Positions 1 to 13,019 of a DNA stretch of 64,000 nt are shown one piece after another. Position 1 is the first letter of the stretch. Each line of letters begins with the position of its first letter. The notes below the pieces were generated by a model that saw only the letters and a program-made list of their open reading frames with translations, had not been told where the DNA came from and did no database searches. The stretch is from Vitrella brassicaformis CCMP3155. Lineage: Eukaryota > Protista > Chromerida. The position numbers were made by a program, and so were the translations under genes. The DNA is taken from contig CDMY01000431.1 of the NCBI GenBank assembly GCA_001179505.1, forward strand, positions 13,874 through 77,873, in the 5' to 3' direction.

Positions 1-229
1 AGATGAGGGCCTGCAAACCAACAAGGGAGAGAATGTGATCACATCCACTGGCCAACGGAGACTCACCTGTGTCGGTTCGGCCGACGACTGCCCTTGTTGT
101 CGGCGTCATCAGCAGCTGCCGCAGCCGACGGCAGCCTGCATGACAGCCAGGAGAAGTAAGCAAGTCTGTGGTGGGCCTCGCTGTGCCGACCTCTGCAGTG
201 TGTCTATGTCTTCGCCGTCGGCACCAGTT

Positions 230-3200
230 TCCTCTACGTCGCTACCAGCGTCATGCTCAACACCCTCCTCAGCCACCGACTCAACACGCCTACAAGAGCC
301 CCCAACGACACGATAAGATCCATGCACCATAAGCGGCCCCCCACCGATGTGTGCGTGAGGGGTCCTCATGTCGGCCTCTCTGTGCCTTACTTGGGGCACT
401 TGACGAGTGGCGGAGGGCCCCGGTGACACGACGGACGATCCACACTCGACGAGGAGGGAAGCACACTGACACGAAATGAGACAACGAAACACATCAACAC
501 CATTCATTGTGCCCAGCCATCGATCCCCTTCTCTGTGTCTGTCTGCTTACGGCTGTTGTGACCCATGTGCCAGAGGGGGGAATGACTCATCGGCACCGCT
601 CGCCGGTCTGTGTGCAGGTGGCAGGGGCCGAGGGGGTGGGGGCGGGTGAGAGGGACTCGACGACACAAACGGTCGCCGCTTGGCCGACTCGCGCGGCTCC
701 ACAGCCGACGGCAGCGGGGTAGTGGAAGGGGCCGCCCGAGACGACAACGACAGGCATGGTGCAGCAGCCGGGAGGCCCAGCCCCCTCCCTATGCCCAACT
801 TGCTGCTTGCCGATGGACCCGGCAGGCGCTTCTCCCGCGGCGTCTGGTCGGCCGTCGACACACAGCTGGGGCGAGAGAGCAGAAGACGATCAGCCGAGGG
901 CTGCTCTGTCGTCTTGTGCTTGGGTGTGGGGGGATGGAAGGGCGAGAAGGGGGAACGAGTCGACGCTTTGGTGTGGGCAGCTCTCTGGGTCCTGATGGGG
1001 GCCGTCTTCTGCTGTTTGTGGTGGGTTGTCTGCTTCTGCCTTTCGATGGCGCGGCTGGCGAAGGTCGACCCCACCAGCAGGGCGTCGCCGTCCTCATCTT
1101 GATCATCGGCTGCCCCACTGCTGTCTGCCTGGTCGTCTTCGCCGCCCGGCGGGCAGCTGGTGGAGGTGGAGGTGGCTGTTGCGCTCGCCTGCCTCTTGCC
1201 CCCCCGCTTGCCCTTCTTCTTGCCACCCGTCTTCTCCTTAGCCGCCGCCCTCTCCTTGTTGGCCGCCTCCTCCTCTTTGATGAGGGCCGCCATCTTCGCG
1301 TCGGCCTCCCTCTGCTGCCACGCCAATTCGGCCTCTGTGGGCACCTCCTTGGCGTGTCGTGTGGCCTGCCGCCTCTTGTGCCTGTCGCGGTGCTCCTTCA
1401 GTTTCTGCAGCCGCTCCTGCGCCTCGATGATGGCGGGGCGCGGCTCGCGAATGGGCAGCTGCTTGGGCAGCGCCGTGCGCTCCGCCAACACCAGCTGGCG
1501 GCAACGACGCTGATGCTCTGTAGCAGTGGGCATGAGGGCGATGTCAGCGCCCGACTGGAGCAGCACACGGATGGTGGTCTTGAGGTTGGAGATCCGGATG
1601 GTGGCCCGGTCCCTCTCGGCCTGCTCCGTGTTGTCGTCCTGCAGCTGTTGGATGTCGTCATCGAGCTCTGTGGCAGCGGTGGCGAGGGGTGTGAGAGTGG
1701 GGTCATTCGGCAGGCCTCTGTTGACGTCAGCAGCGGTGAGGCGGCGACAGAGAGAGGCAGCCAAACGGTGGGAGCCGCCGATGGCCGCGCAGTGTAATGG
1801 CGTCCGTCCGAAGGTGTCCACGGCCGTGATGTCGGCCCCGTTGGCCACCATCAAGTCGATGTAGCTCTCGATGAACTGCTGAGACCAGACGGGAGGTCTC
1901 ACGGCCGCCACATGGACCAGATTGATGCCACCCGGGTCCCGCTCGGTTGCGAGTGTGGGGTCTCGCTGGATGAGCTGCCGGTAGAAGGACAGCAGGATGG
2001 CCTCGCTGTCCTCAGTCGGCTGATCCGTCGGCAGTGTGGGCGGCAGCAGCATCACCAAGCGCCCCCGCAGCTGAATGCCTGGAACAGACAGACAGACAGA
2101 CAGACGTCCATCATGGTGTGTGTTCCTTGTCGTGAGTGCTGTGAATGGGTGTGTACCTGGCTGGCCCATCAGGAGCTCGAATGCGGCCCGGTTGCACGAG
2201 GCGATGGCCACTCGGATGGGCGTATGATGACCCGCCCCATTGATGTCGGCGCCGTTGTCGATCAGGACCTGGATGACGGCGAGCTGAAGGCCGGGTGTCT
2301 CCCACATGGGCATGGCGACGGGAGTGCAACCACCATTGACGTCGTATGCCCAGATGGACGGCACGCTGTTGTCCGTGAGGTTGTCAATGCACAGCGACAG
2401 CAGGGAATAGGCTAAATAGGCACCCGTGGTGCCCGCCACCCGCAGCAGTGGCTCCACATTGGGGTCGGCTCCATTCGGCTGAATCAGGTCCGTCACCTGC
2501 TGTGCGTCAGTGACGGTGCGGCGGAGGATGCACTTGGACACCATCAAGCTGGCGTCACTGGTGCCAGGAGGGACGGTGACGCCATTCCCACAGCTCCTCC
2601 AGCCAGGTGATCGCGGCACACCTGTGGTTGGCACAACGGGCAGATTATTAACGATGAGCTCTGGAAAGGCGATTCTGATTTGTGTAGCGGTGGGTCTGTC
2701 GGTCGGCGTCTACCTCTGTTCAGTCGAGTCCGGCCTTGTCCGCTGCGCTGCTGCCCGCCAGCACCCCCACCGACGCCGACACCGAGACCCCCACCAACAC
2801 GGCTAACACCTGCACAAGCACACACACACGAGCAGTCATAACCGTGCTGCTTGCTATATCTCACAGCTCGTCGCTCACCCTCGTCAATGCCATCATTGCG
2901 ATTGTCTTTGTTCTCTATGTGCCGGCCGGCACCGGTGGTCTCCTCCTCGGCTACATCGTCTGCAAAGGAACACACACATTGACACACACGATGCTGTGAG
3001 TGATGTGGTGCATCTGTCTGAGCTGAGTGTACCTTCATCGCCATCGCCACCGTCGGCCGGGCCAGCAGCGGCCATGTCGGTGTCGGGACGACCAGACGAC
3101 ATCGCTCTCACTCACTCAGACAGACAGACAGACAGCTGCACCAGGGACCACACACACAGAGATGGGCCTGCAGGCATCTGATGCATTTGTTGTGTGCATC

Positions 3201-3740
3201 AGTGCTAGCCGACAGCCAGCCACAGACGCTCACTCAATCAACCAGTCCGCCCGTCGACAAGGCAGACCTGAAGACCACAAACACACACACGGACAGCAAA
3301 CAGAATGAGCCAATCGTCGCATCTTCCCACTCACCGTCGCAACACCGTCGGACGAGAAGCCGCTACCTGGCGCGATGATCTCTTGGGCAGCAGGGCTGTG
3401 CACACTCGATAAGATGGAAAGGCCGCTAATTCCGCTGATGGATAGGTGGGCACACGAGAAGCCGCTGCAGCGATGGGCAGACGGACTCGTCCGCTGAGCA
3501 GGGCCTCACTGTGCCTCCACTGACGCACCAAGAGGGCTCGCAAGAGGGCCTATAGGAAGCGATTCGTGTCTGTTTCTTCTGCCTCTCTCTCAGGCTCGCA
3601 CCGATCGGCTCGCGAGTTTTCTTCACAGGAGGGGGAGCCCTTCTGATGGGCTCACAGGGTTCGTCAGGAGTCAAGCATTCGGCCGCAGTGAGCCCCAATC
3701 ACTTTGGATGAATTGCTCTTGATGAATGAGCAGCTCACTT
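230..3740 (-). repeat. Tandem segmental duplication, unit A (ankyrin gene plus flanks); paralogous to 6510-9900
   Basis: gctaccagcgtcatgctcaacaccctcctcagccaccgac occurs at ~241 and ~6522 (offset ~6.3 kb); homology continues through the ankyrin gene and upstream spacer (3580-3740 vs 9770-9900). Confidence 0.9.
547..3075 (-). CDS. Ankyrin-repeat protein, copy 1 (multi-exon; K/E-rich and Pro/Ser-rich C-terminus)
   Basis: Ankyrin motifs LIDNGADINGAGHHTPIRVAI and VANGADITAVDTFGRTPLHCAAIGG in ORF 547..2634; ATG at 3075 (MAAAGPADGGDGDE) joined in frame through GT-AG introns; internal 78-bp intron at 2079-2156. Confidence 0.85.
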
Positions 3741-4199
3741 GGCTCCCGGAGTGTGTGTGCTGTCTGTCTGTGTCCTGATTCTGTCTGTCACACTGTCACG
3801 ACCATTGCAGTAGTGAACGATACAGAGTAGTCATCACTTTACACGCGGTACATGTATTCATCAGCCATTCCGTCCATCAGAAAAGCCTGTAAGCACCAGT
3901 TACGCCACACATCACCAGACACTGTCATGGATGGCAGGCAGTCGGGAGCGGCACACATCGCAATGACACTACGCCAGCAGACGGGGGGCGAGGAAAAACC
4001 CATTTGGCTGTCTGTGTGTCTGTCTGTCTGTCTCACCCTTCTGTCTGCTTGACAGTTGAGGACACCCTTCATCGATCTCTCTGTCCGCAATGGTGACCTA
4101 CACTCTCTGGATAGCATCGATCTCATGGGATGGAAGAGCCACTCAGTCAAAAAGCTGTCTCTCTCCCTCCCCCAGTCCGCTACACACTCTCCTGTCCTC

Positions 4200-4292
4200 T
4201 CCCGCCCTCTCCCACATCGATGTCTGTTGGCAGGCTGGTAGGGACGTCATGTGATGGGCTGATCGGCCCACTGCCGCACACGGTGCACAAAC
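4200..4292 (-). pseudogene. Remnant of the 3' end of the RING gene at 33952-34528
   Basis: Reverse complement reads gtgcggcagtgggccgatcagcccatca...cctacca.cctgccaacagacatcgatgtggg, matching 34496-34565; homology stops abruptly at ~4292. Confidence 0.7.
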
Positions 4293-4475
4293 GAATCTCA
4301 CGTCAATCGTGACTTATATGAACATGTAATGGAATGCAGTGTAATGCGAAGCTCCTCCCGCTGGCTGGCCATATATAGTGAGTCGGCACGTCAACAGCTG
4401 GGCTGGCTGGCATCGTCCACCACCTGTACAACAAACACAGCCCGCCATTCCCCTCTGCCTGTCTGTCTGACCTAC

Positions 4476-6378
4476 TCAATTGTCCGTCTGCACATGCGCT
4501 GTGATGGTCTTCTCGGCGACACTGCGGCACGCAGGGCATTGCAGCACAGAGTGGCACTTGACGTCATCGGGCACCGGCTTGCCCGCCCCCTCCGGCCGCG
4601 CCTTCTCTGCCTTGGCACTCTCGTGTCTGCCCTTCCACTGCTGCCAGCATTCGGCACACAGGCACAGGTGGCGACACGGATCAAACAGCACTGTGGGCGA
4701 GTTGTGGTTGCAGATGACGCAGATGGGACGAGGCGGGAGAGGCGGTGCTGCAGCAGCCGATGCGGCCGCCGCTTCCCTGTCCTCCAGCCGACCCTCCATC
4801 TTGTTGGCCTCCTTGCCGAGTGCCCGCAGTGCCACCTTGGCCTTCGCGATGTCGCGCTTGAAGGCCTCCACATCTTCAGGTGACCGCAGGGATGACAGCC
4901 GGTACTCCGTCAGGCTGCATACACCCAACAAGACGACGACGGCACCAACAAGGGTGCATGGGCGCCTGAAATCGTTTGCGCGTGTGTGTACCATGTGCGA
5001 GCTATCTGCAGCAGGCGGTCGTGCTCTTGCTGGAGTGTTGGTATGGTGGTCGCCTCGGCTGCCGCAGTCGCCTCCGTCACTGTCGAGATGTCCGCCTCCA
5101 GCCTGCAGGGCAGCGAAGGGGCAGCATCCATCAACAGACTCCATCACTCGTTTGTACGTGTGTGTGCTTACTGCCGCAGCTTGGCCTTGGTGCTCTCCAG
5201 CATCTCACGAAGCTGCCCTTCCGATGACAGCGAGTCGATCTCGTCGGCTATCTCGTCAGCTATCTCGTCAACACGCGAAGACCTGAATAAGTGTCGATCA
5301 ATCGCTTGTGTGGGCATGCACGTGTGTGTGTGTGTGTGTGTGTTGTCGTTACTCACCTTTGAATGCGATCATCGTTGCAGGCTACATAAAATGGCGCAGA
5401 TGGGGACGGCAGACGGGCAAACAGGGACCCGCTGCCGTTGCCGGCACGTGTGTGGCTATCGCTGGTGCGGGAGGTCTCACACGCACTGCTGTAGAGTTGG
5501 TCGAGCCGCTCGTCTTCGCGCGTGACCCTCTCGCCGAACTCACACACCTCCGCTGCCGTGGTCAGGGCCATCAGCGCATCGCGAGTCAACCTGAAGGACC
5601 ACATGAATCGATTAACGAAGATGATTCAAAGCGATGCATTTGTATGTATCTTTGTACGTGTCTGTTTGCTCTTGTGTGGCTTCTGTGAGTGCCCCTATGG
5701 CCGCGTTGAGCTCATTGGTCCGCTCCATGATGCTCGAGTGCCGCTCCAGCGCCTCCCCATAGCGTCGCTCCATGCTGCAGACAAATGGAGTGAACGCACA
5801 CATGACGCAGCCAACCCTCCGCCCATCCATCCATCCATCCATCCCTTGCTGACCTCTGTTGATCCTGCATAGCCTTGCACACTGCATCCCTCAGAGAGCC
5901 GAGCGATGCTGCTGCTGCCGCCGCCGATGCGCCACTGGCGTAGCCAACAGACCAAAGTGACGAAGAGGGCGGCATGGGTGGCGGGGGCATCATGGTGGCG
6001 GTGGTGGCGTCGTGCAGCGATGCAGCGATGGCCATCTGTGTCTGCGCATCATGCTCCTCCTCGTCCTCACTGCACACCCAACTAATGACACTTGTGCCGT
6101 GGTGCAGATGCCTGTCTAGGGCATGTAACGGACCTGTCGTCTCCATCTTGGTGTGGTGGATGGTGCTTGTCGGCTGCCGGTATGAGAGCCGGCCCAGCTC
6201 CGACCGATGCGGCCACCGCGCTACTGACCGAAGACGAGTGCAACACCGCCCGCACGCCACTGCCGGCCGGCCCAGCCGTGCCGCTGCCGTCGCGCTGCAG
6301 AGGCTTGGTGAGAGGCCGGAGAGGCTCAGCACCGGAGGAACGAGAAGAGGGCCGCGTGGTGTCCGCAGACTCGGACAT
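4476..6378 (-). CDS. RING-HC (IAP/C3HC4_3-type) E3 ligase with putative N-terminal UIM and coiled coil, 7 exons
   Basis: C-terminal CVICNHNSPTVLFDPCRHLCLCAEC...LQCPAC; UIM-like EDEEEHDAQTQMAIAASLHD at ~6010-6072; all six GT-AG junctions I traced are phase 2 and keep the frame from ATG 6378 to stop 4476. Confidence 0.8.
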
Positions 6379-6509
6379 TGGCCTGTAAATCAGGAGAGGA
6401 TGCCGTCGGTATAAGTGAGGGTTGACAGCGGGGCGTTAGTGTGAATGCGTGAGCTTCGCTGTGTTGACCTCTCCTGCTGTGTGTCTGTGTCTTCGCCGTC
6501 AGCACCAGT

Positions 6510-9500
6510 TTCCTCTACGTCGCTACCAGCGTCATGCTCAACACCCTCCTCAGCCACCGACTCAACACGCCTACAAGAGCCCCCAACGACACGATAAGAT
6601 CCATGCACCATGACCCTCCACCGATGTGTGTGCGTCAGGGGTCCTCATGTCGGCCTGTCTGTTCCTTTACTTGGGACACCTGACGAGTGGCGGAGGGCCC
6701 CGGTGACACGACGGACGATACCCACTCGACGACGGCGGTAACAGGTCGTCACTGACACAAAATGAGACAACGAAACACGCCATTCATTGTGCCCATCCAT
6801 CTATCCCCTTCTCTGTGTCTGTCTGCTTACAGCTGCTGTGGCGCATACGCCAGAGGGGGGAATGACTCATCGGCACCGCTCGCCGGTCTGTGTGCAGGTG
6901 GCAGGGGCCGAGAGGGTGGGGGCGGGTGAGAGGGACTCGACGACACAAACGGTCGCCGCATGGCCGACTTGTGCAGCTCCTCAGCTGACGGCAGACGAAG
7001 AGGGGAAGGGACCGGCCGAGCCGACAGGGATGGTGCAGCAGCCGGGAGGCCCAGCCCGCTGTCTCTGCCCAACTTGCTGCCTGCCGATGGGCCCGGCAGG
7101 CGCTCCTCGCGAGGCGTCTGGTCGGCCGTCGACACACCGCTGGGGTGAGAGAGCAGCAGACGATCAGCCGAGGGCTGCTCAGTCGTCTTGTGCTTGGCTG
7201 TCGGGGGCTGGAAGGGCGAGAAGGGGGAACGAGTCGACTCTTTGGGATGGGCAGCTCTCTGGGTCTTGTTGGTGGCCTTCTTCTGCTTGGCGTTCGTGGC
7301 CTGCGCATGGCTTTCGATGGCGTGGCTGCCGAAGGCCGACCCCAAAAGTAGGGCGTCGCCGTCCTCATCTTGATCATCGGCTGCCCCACTGGTGTCCGCC
7401 TGATCGTCTTCGTCGCCCGGCGGGCTGCTCGTGGAGGTGGGGGCCGCTGTTGCGGACGCCTGCCTCTTGCCCCCCTTCTTGCCCTTCTTCTTGCCCGCCT
7501 TCGCCTTAGCCGCTGCCCTCTCCTTGTTGGCCTCCTCCTCTTTGATGAGTGCCGCCATCCTGGCGTCGGCCTCCCTCTGCTGCCGCGCCAACTCGGCCTC
7601 TGTTGGGGCCTCCTTGGCCTGTCGTGTGGCCTGCCGCCCCTTGCGCCTGTCGCGGTGCTCCTTCATCTTCTGCAGCCGCTCCTGCGCTTCGACGGTGGAG
7701 GGGCGCGGCTCGCGAATGGGCAGCTGCTTGGGCAGCGCCATGAGCTCCGCCAACACCAGCTTGCGGCAATGGCGGTCCTCCTCTGTGGCAGTGGGCATGA
7801 GGGCGATATCAGCACCCGCCTGGAGGAGCACACGGATGGTGGTCCTGACGTGGGGGATCCGGATGGTGAGCCGATCCTTCGCTGCCTGCCCCGTGTTGTT
7901 GTCACGCAGCCGCTGGGTGAACTCATCGAGCTGTCGGGCAGCGTAGGTGAGGACTGTGTTGGTGGGCTCATTTGGCTGCCCTCTGTTGATGTCGGCAGCA
8001 GTGAGACGGCGGCAGAAAGACGCGGCGACACGATGGGAGCCCCAGAAAGCCGCGTGGTGCAGCGGCGTCCGTTCCTCAGAGTCCACGGCCGTGATGTCGG
8101 CCCCGTTGGCCACCAGCAGGTCGATGTAGTCCTCGATGAACTGCTGAGACCAGACTGGAGGGCTCGAGGCCGCGTCATGCAGCAGGTTGCTGCCACTGTC
8201 GGCATCGGTCTCAGTTGCGAGTGTGGGGTCTCGCTGGATGAGCTGCCGGTAGAAGGACAGCAGGATGCGCTCGTGAGCCTCAGTCGGCTGGTCCGTCGGC
8301 AATGGGAGCGGCAGCTGCATCACAAGGAGCCCCGGCAGGTGGAGCCCTGCAATAGACAGACAGACAGACAGACAGAGAGAGAGAGAGAGAGAAGGCGTCC
8401 ACCATGGTGTGTTTCGTGTGTCGTGAGTGCTGTGAATGGGTGCGCACCTGGCTGGCTCATCAGGAGGTCGAAGGCGGCCCGGTTACACGAGGCGATGGCC
8501 ACCACGATGGGCCTATGGTCACCCTCACCCCCATTGATGTCGGCGCCTCCCTGGATCAGGCTTCGCATGACGGCGAGCTGGAGTCCGGGTGTCTGCCACA
8601 TCGGCATGGCGACGGGACAGTCGCCCTCGCCGCCGGCTGCCCAGATGGACGGCACGCTGTTGTGAGTGAGGTTGTTGATGCACAGCGCCAGCAGCGGATA
8701 GGCCAGGTAGTCATCCGTAGTGCCTTCCACCCGCAGCTGTGGCTCCACATTGGGGTCGGCCCCCTGCTGGTGGATCAGGTCCGGCACATGCTCTTCGTCA
8801 GTGACGGTGCGGCGGAGGATGTGCCGACACAGCCGAATGCTGGCGTCGGCGGTGTCAATAGGGAAGGCGAGGTCGATGCCGTTCTCCAAGCTCTTCCAGC
8901 CAAGTCGTAACGGCGGACCTGCGGCTGGCACAGACAATCCGGCAAAAGACACACATACAAGATTATTCACGATGAGCTCTGGAAAGGCGATTCTGCTTTG
9001 TGTAGCGGTGTCCCTGTGTCGATCGGCGGTTTCATCTGTTCGGTCGAGTCCGGCCCTGTCCGCTGCGCTGCTGCCCGCCAGCACCCTCACCGACGTCGAC
9101 ACCGAGACCCCCACCAACACGGCTAACACCTGCACACACACAACGACAGAGCAGTCATGACCGTGCTGCTTACTATATCCCACAGCTCGTCGCTCACCCT
9201 CGTCAATGCCACCATTGCGATTGCCTTTGTTCTCTATCTGCCGGCCACCACCGGTGGTCTCCTCCTCGGCTACATCGTCTGCAGAGGAACACACACATCC
9301 ACACACACGATGCTGTGAGTGATGTGCTGCATCTGTCCGAGCTGAGTGTACCTTCATCGCCATCGTCACCGTCGGCCATACCAGAGGCCATGTCGGTGTC
9401 GGGACGACCAGACGACATCGCTCTCACTTACACAGACAGACCAACAGCTGCACCATAGACCACACAGACGGCTAAGGGCCTGCAGGCATCTGATGCATTT

Positions 9501-9900
9501 GTTGTGTGCATCAATCAGTGCTTGCCTATCACAAGTAGGAGTCGACAGCCAGCCGCACACACACTCAATCAACCACTCCGCCCGTCGACAAGGCAGACCT
9601 GAAGACCGCCAACACACACAGACACACAGACAGCAAACAGATCATCGGTGTGCTTATGAGTGATCCAATGGCCGCATCGTCACTTACCGTTGGGCGAGAA
9701 GCCGCTACAGCTACGTTGCTGGATAATCCATCGGGCCACGAATCGTGTCGGTTCTCGCCTCTCTTAGGCTCGCACCGATCGGCTCGGAGGTCGTGGGCGA
9801 AGGAGCCATTCTGTGGGCTCACGAGCCTCGTAACGTGCCAATCATTCGGCCGCAGTGAGCCCCGCTTGCTTTGGATGAATCGTTTTGGCGGATGAGCAGC
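6510..9900 (-). repeat. Tandem segmental duplication, unit B
   Basis: Direct paralog of 230-3740 (see above). Confidence 0.9.
6827..9391 (-). CDS. Ankyrin-repeat protein, copy 2
   Basis: LVANGADITAVDSEERTPLHHAAFWGSH; same exon structure as copy 1; ATG at 9391 (MASGMADGDDGDEG). Confidence 0.85.
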
Positions 9901-10301
9901 TCGCACTGTACCATGTTGTGATTGACAGACTCCTATGTGCCCGCGATGTTTGTGTCTGGCTGCGTGAATCGATAAAGAGTGGTCACTACGTCACACACGG
10001 GTGCGATCACATGAGCACACACACAGTGCAACAAAAGCATAAGACATTTCACACACTCATCATCCTTTCCCGCCCTGCCGCTCTTAGAGCTCACTGACAG
10101 CAGTCGACAGGCACACACCAAACAAACATGGCTCACGTCATCCTCGCTCAACAGAGCAGCACACACACGACGGCCACACACACGACGGCATCGCTTTCTC
10201 GCGATCGATCTCTACACTGTCAGCTGACTGCCCCTCTGAGAAACACACACACAGGCTCTCCCTCTCCCCTCCCCCCGCCCCCCTAGCCCACACAGCCTCT
10301 C

Positions 10302-12319
10302 TCAAAAGGTCGCCATCTTGCCTAGCAATCCCCCCGCCGCCCCAGTCACCACAACAGGGGCCACCAACCGCACCAGCAGCGCCGCCAGGACGACCCCCAC
10401 CGCCCAGATGCGCCTTCTCGTGGCGTTGTCCCGCCGCAGCATCTCACTGTACTTGATGTCGGCTCGCGTCAGCGATGTCATCACAGAGGGGCTGAAGGCG
10501 AACGGGAACAGGCGGCTGAGCAGCCGCTTGATCAGCAGGTCCGCGAAGAGTTTGAGTTTGTAAGCGGCCGGGGTCCATTCCCTGGCGACGTTTTTGTAGC
10601 GATGTGACAGGACGGCCAGCGCACGACAGTCGGGCTGGCGCTCCTTCGTGAAGCGCGGCAAAGCCTCTCGCCAATCGTCGTTCGTCGCGTCGAGGATGGT
10701 GCTGAGGATCTGCACATCTTCGAGAGAGGAGCTCACACCCTGGCCAATGTCCTGATTGCATCACACACATCCACACACACACATCAATGTGCCCACATGG
10801 ATGTGTTGTCTTATTACTGCAGGGAAGGAGTGGATGGCGTCGCCCATCAGCAGCACCCGGCTGCCGTGATGGCACGTCGATGCGTAACGGGGCAGTGAAA
10901 ACCGGCCAATCTTGCGCTTTGCAAACAGCTCGGCCTCGGCCATCGGCACGATCTCGCGAAGATTCCTCACAAACGGCAGATTACCCTCAAGACACCGAAG
11001 CACCTCCTCTCCGGTGTTGCAGCCCAGAATGGGGTGGTCCTTTGTGCAGAGCACCAGCACCACTCGCTCTTGGTTGGCCGGCCCTCCAAAAGATGTCAGT
11101 CGGAAGGGAAGCTTCCGATTGCGGAGCGCAGAGAGGAGGATGATCACAGTGGAGGGCAGAAAGCGGAGCTTCTCGCGAGGGCCCGGCTGACTGGAGGGCT
11201 GATAGTCGACGGTGAGGTCAGATGGCAGGCAGAGCATCTTGTAGCGGACGTCGTTGACCCCGGCAAGGCTGCTGATGTTGGACAGGCAGTGGATGCGAAA
11301 GGTCTTGTCGAGGCGCTTCATCGACTCGACGACCTTTGAGTTGACGCCGTCACAGCCGATCACCAGGTCCGCGTCGATCATCTTTTCCTTCCCACTGCGA
11401 GTGTCGCGGTAGATGACGCGCACACACTCGCTGCTGGGCTTGTCCACGGTGGCCACTTCAGCCCCGAGGACAACGTGGATGGCGTCGGAGAGGCCGCTGT
11501 CGGAGTGGATGTGGTCGTATAGCATCCTCACGAGGGACTGGCGCTTGAGGGCCGTCACGTTGGAAGGCTTGGTGGCCACCAGAAAGGGAGACCAGTCGGA
11601 TGGCTTCAGTGTCGTCACATTGGACATGTACTCTGATGGATGGATGGACACATACAGAGGCAGGCAGGCAGGCAGGCTGGTAGGTAAGTGTGTTGTGCCG
11701 CGTGTCTGGCATGAGTCGCTCATTCACTGACCAGGTACGCCTTCTCTGTCCATCCTGTCTACGTCAACGCCAATCGAGCTGAGGGCATTCCTCCCTCGAG
11801 GGAACACCCCCAACACGTACGTGCGGTCCTTCTCTGCGGACAGCGGCAAGGAAAGAAGGAAAAGATGATAGACTCCGATCTGGTTATCTGATCTGGCGTG
11901 GACAACGATCGTGTGTGCCTGCCTCATCATCCAGCCTACCTGCCAAATACTCCGCCTCATCCATCCTCTCCAGCACAGTGATGTCCCTGATCAACGCAAC
12001 AAGCGCACACACAGTCCAAGTGTGCAAGTGCGTGCGTGTGTGTGTGGGTATACCGATAGCCTCTTCTCGCGAGCATGATGGCCGTTGCAAGGCCTGTTGG
12101 TCCGCCACCGGAGATCACTATCCGCTCAGGGTGTGGACGAGAGGGAATGAGTTGCTGCTGCTGCTGCTGCTGCTGAGTGGCCGTGAAGGCAGCTGGTGCC
12201 TGATGAGTTCGCGTCAGCCATGGACGCGCAGAGTGTGACCGATGCAGCCGAAAGCCACATGCACAGTAAGACAGCACGAGGAAGAACGAGAGATGACAGA
12301 TGAGATCATTGCATGCCAT
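10302..12319 (-). CDS. FAD-dependent monooxygenase, kynurenine 3-monooxygenase-like, 5 exons
   Basis: Rossmann motif IVISGGGPTGLATAIMLARRGY; DG motif ADLVIGCDGVNSKV; GD motif VLLMGDAIHSFPA|DIGQGVSSSLEDV across a splice junction; C-terminal hydrophobic helix. Confidence 0.85.
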
Positions 12320-13019
12320 GCCGTTTGAAGCAATAGGGAAGACCGTGCCGCGTCCTCCTGAAGACAGATCTCTTAAACTCCTGAAGGCAGATTTCAGCTG
12401 TTTGCTCTCAGCCTCTGCGAGCTTAGCCTGCGAGCAGTTTTTTCTTGTACGTGATATCCGCCGTGTGTTAACGCGTGAGCAGACAGATCTGCAGTGAGAA
12501 AAGGCCAGAAGGCTGAGTCAGATCCCCAGTTGACCATCCCCGCCGAGTGTCACTGGGCCCCACGAAGAGAGAGACGCTCGCCCGGTCCAAGCAGGGCAGC
12601 CCGTTCCCCACACACAAATCATGGGCAACCTGACGAGCGTGCCCTGCATCCCCATCGCCAAGGACGCCGTACCATTCACTGCATGTACGCACACACAAAC
12701 AGCAGTGCACTGCAGTGCATCGCTCATGGGGGCGTGCGAGGGCCTGTCTGTCTTCCTGTGATGCAGGGAGTGTTGAGTGTGTGGAGGAGCTGGTGGGTTA
12801 TGTGGCTGACAACGAGGAGGGCTCCTTCAGACTCACCAAGTGGAGGATGCTCTCCGTCCTCGGCAGCCAACACCTTGTGGATGTCAACAAGTGAAAGGCT
12901 TCCTGCCACTCAATGGCTCTCTCTCTCTCTCTGTCTCTCTCCGTGCGCGTCTGTTCAGTTTGTTTACCTTGTATGAGCCAGGGTGTGTGTCTGGTGCCGT
13001 CAACGGCCTATCCGTGGCG

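Noticed and set aside
109-330. Acidic mini-ORF GSYRVVGGSCRRVESVAEEGVEHDAGSD (also 6390-6611)
   Set aside because: Lies within the duplicated flank; the two copies diverge and end differently, and the third flank (33480) lacks it. Coding status cannot be supported.
2079-2156. Peptide GTHPFTALTTRNTHHD... inside the ankyrin ORF (also 37074-37139)
   Set aside because: GT-AG intron that happens to be a multiple of 3 without a stop in copies 1 and 4; the homologous intron breaks the frame in copies 2 and 3.
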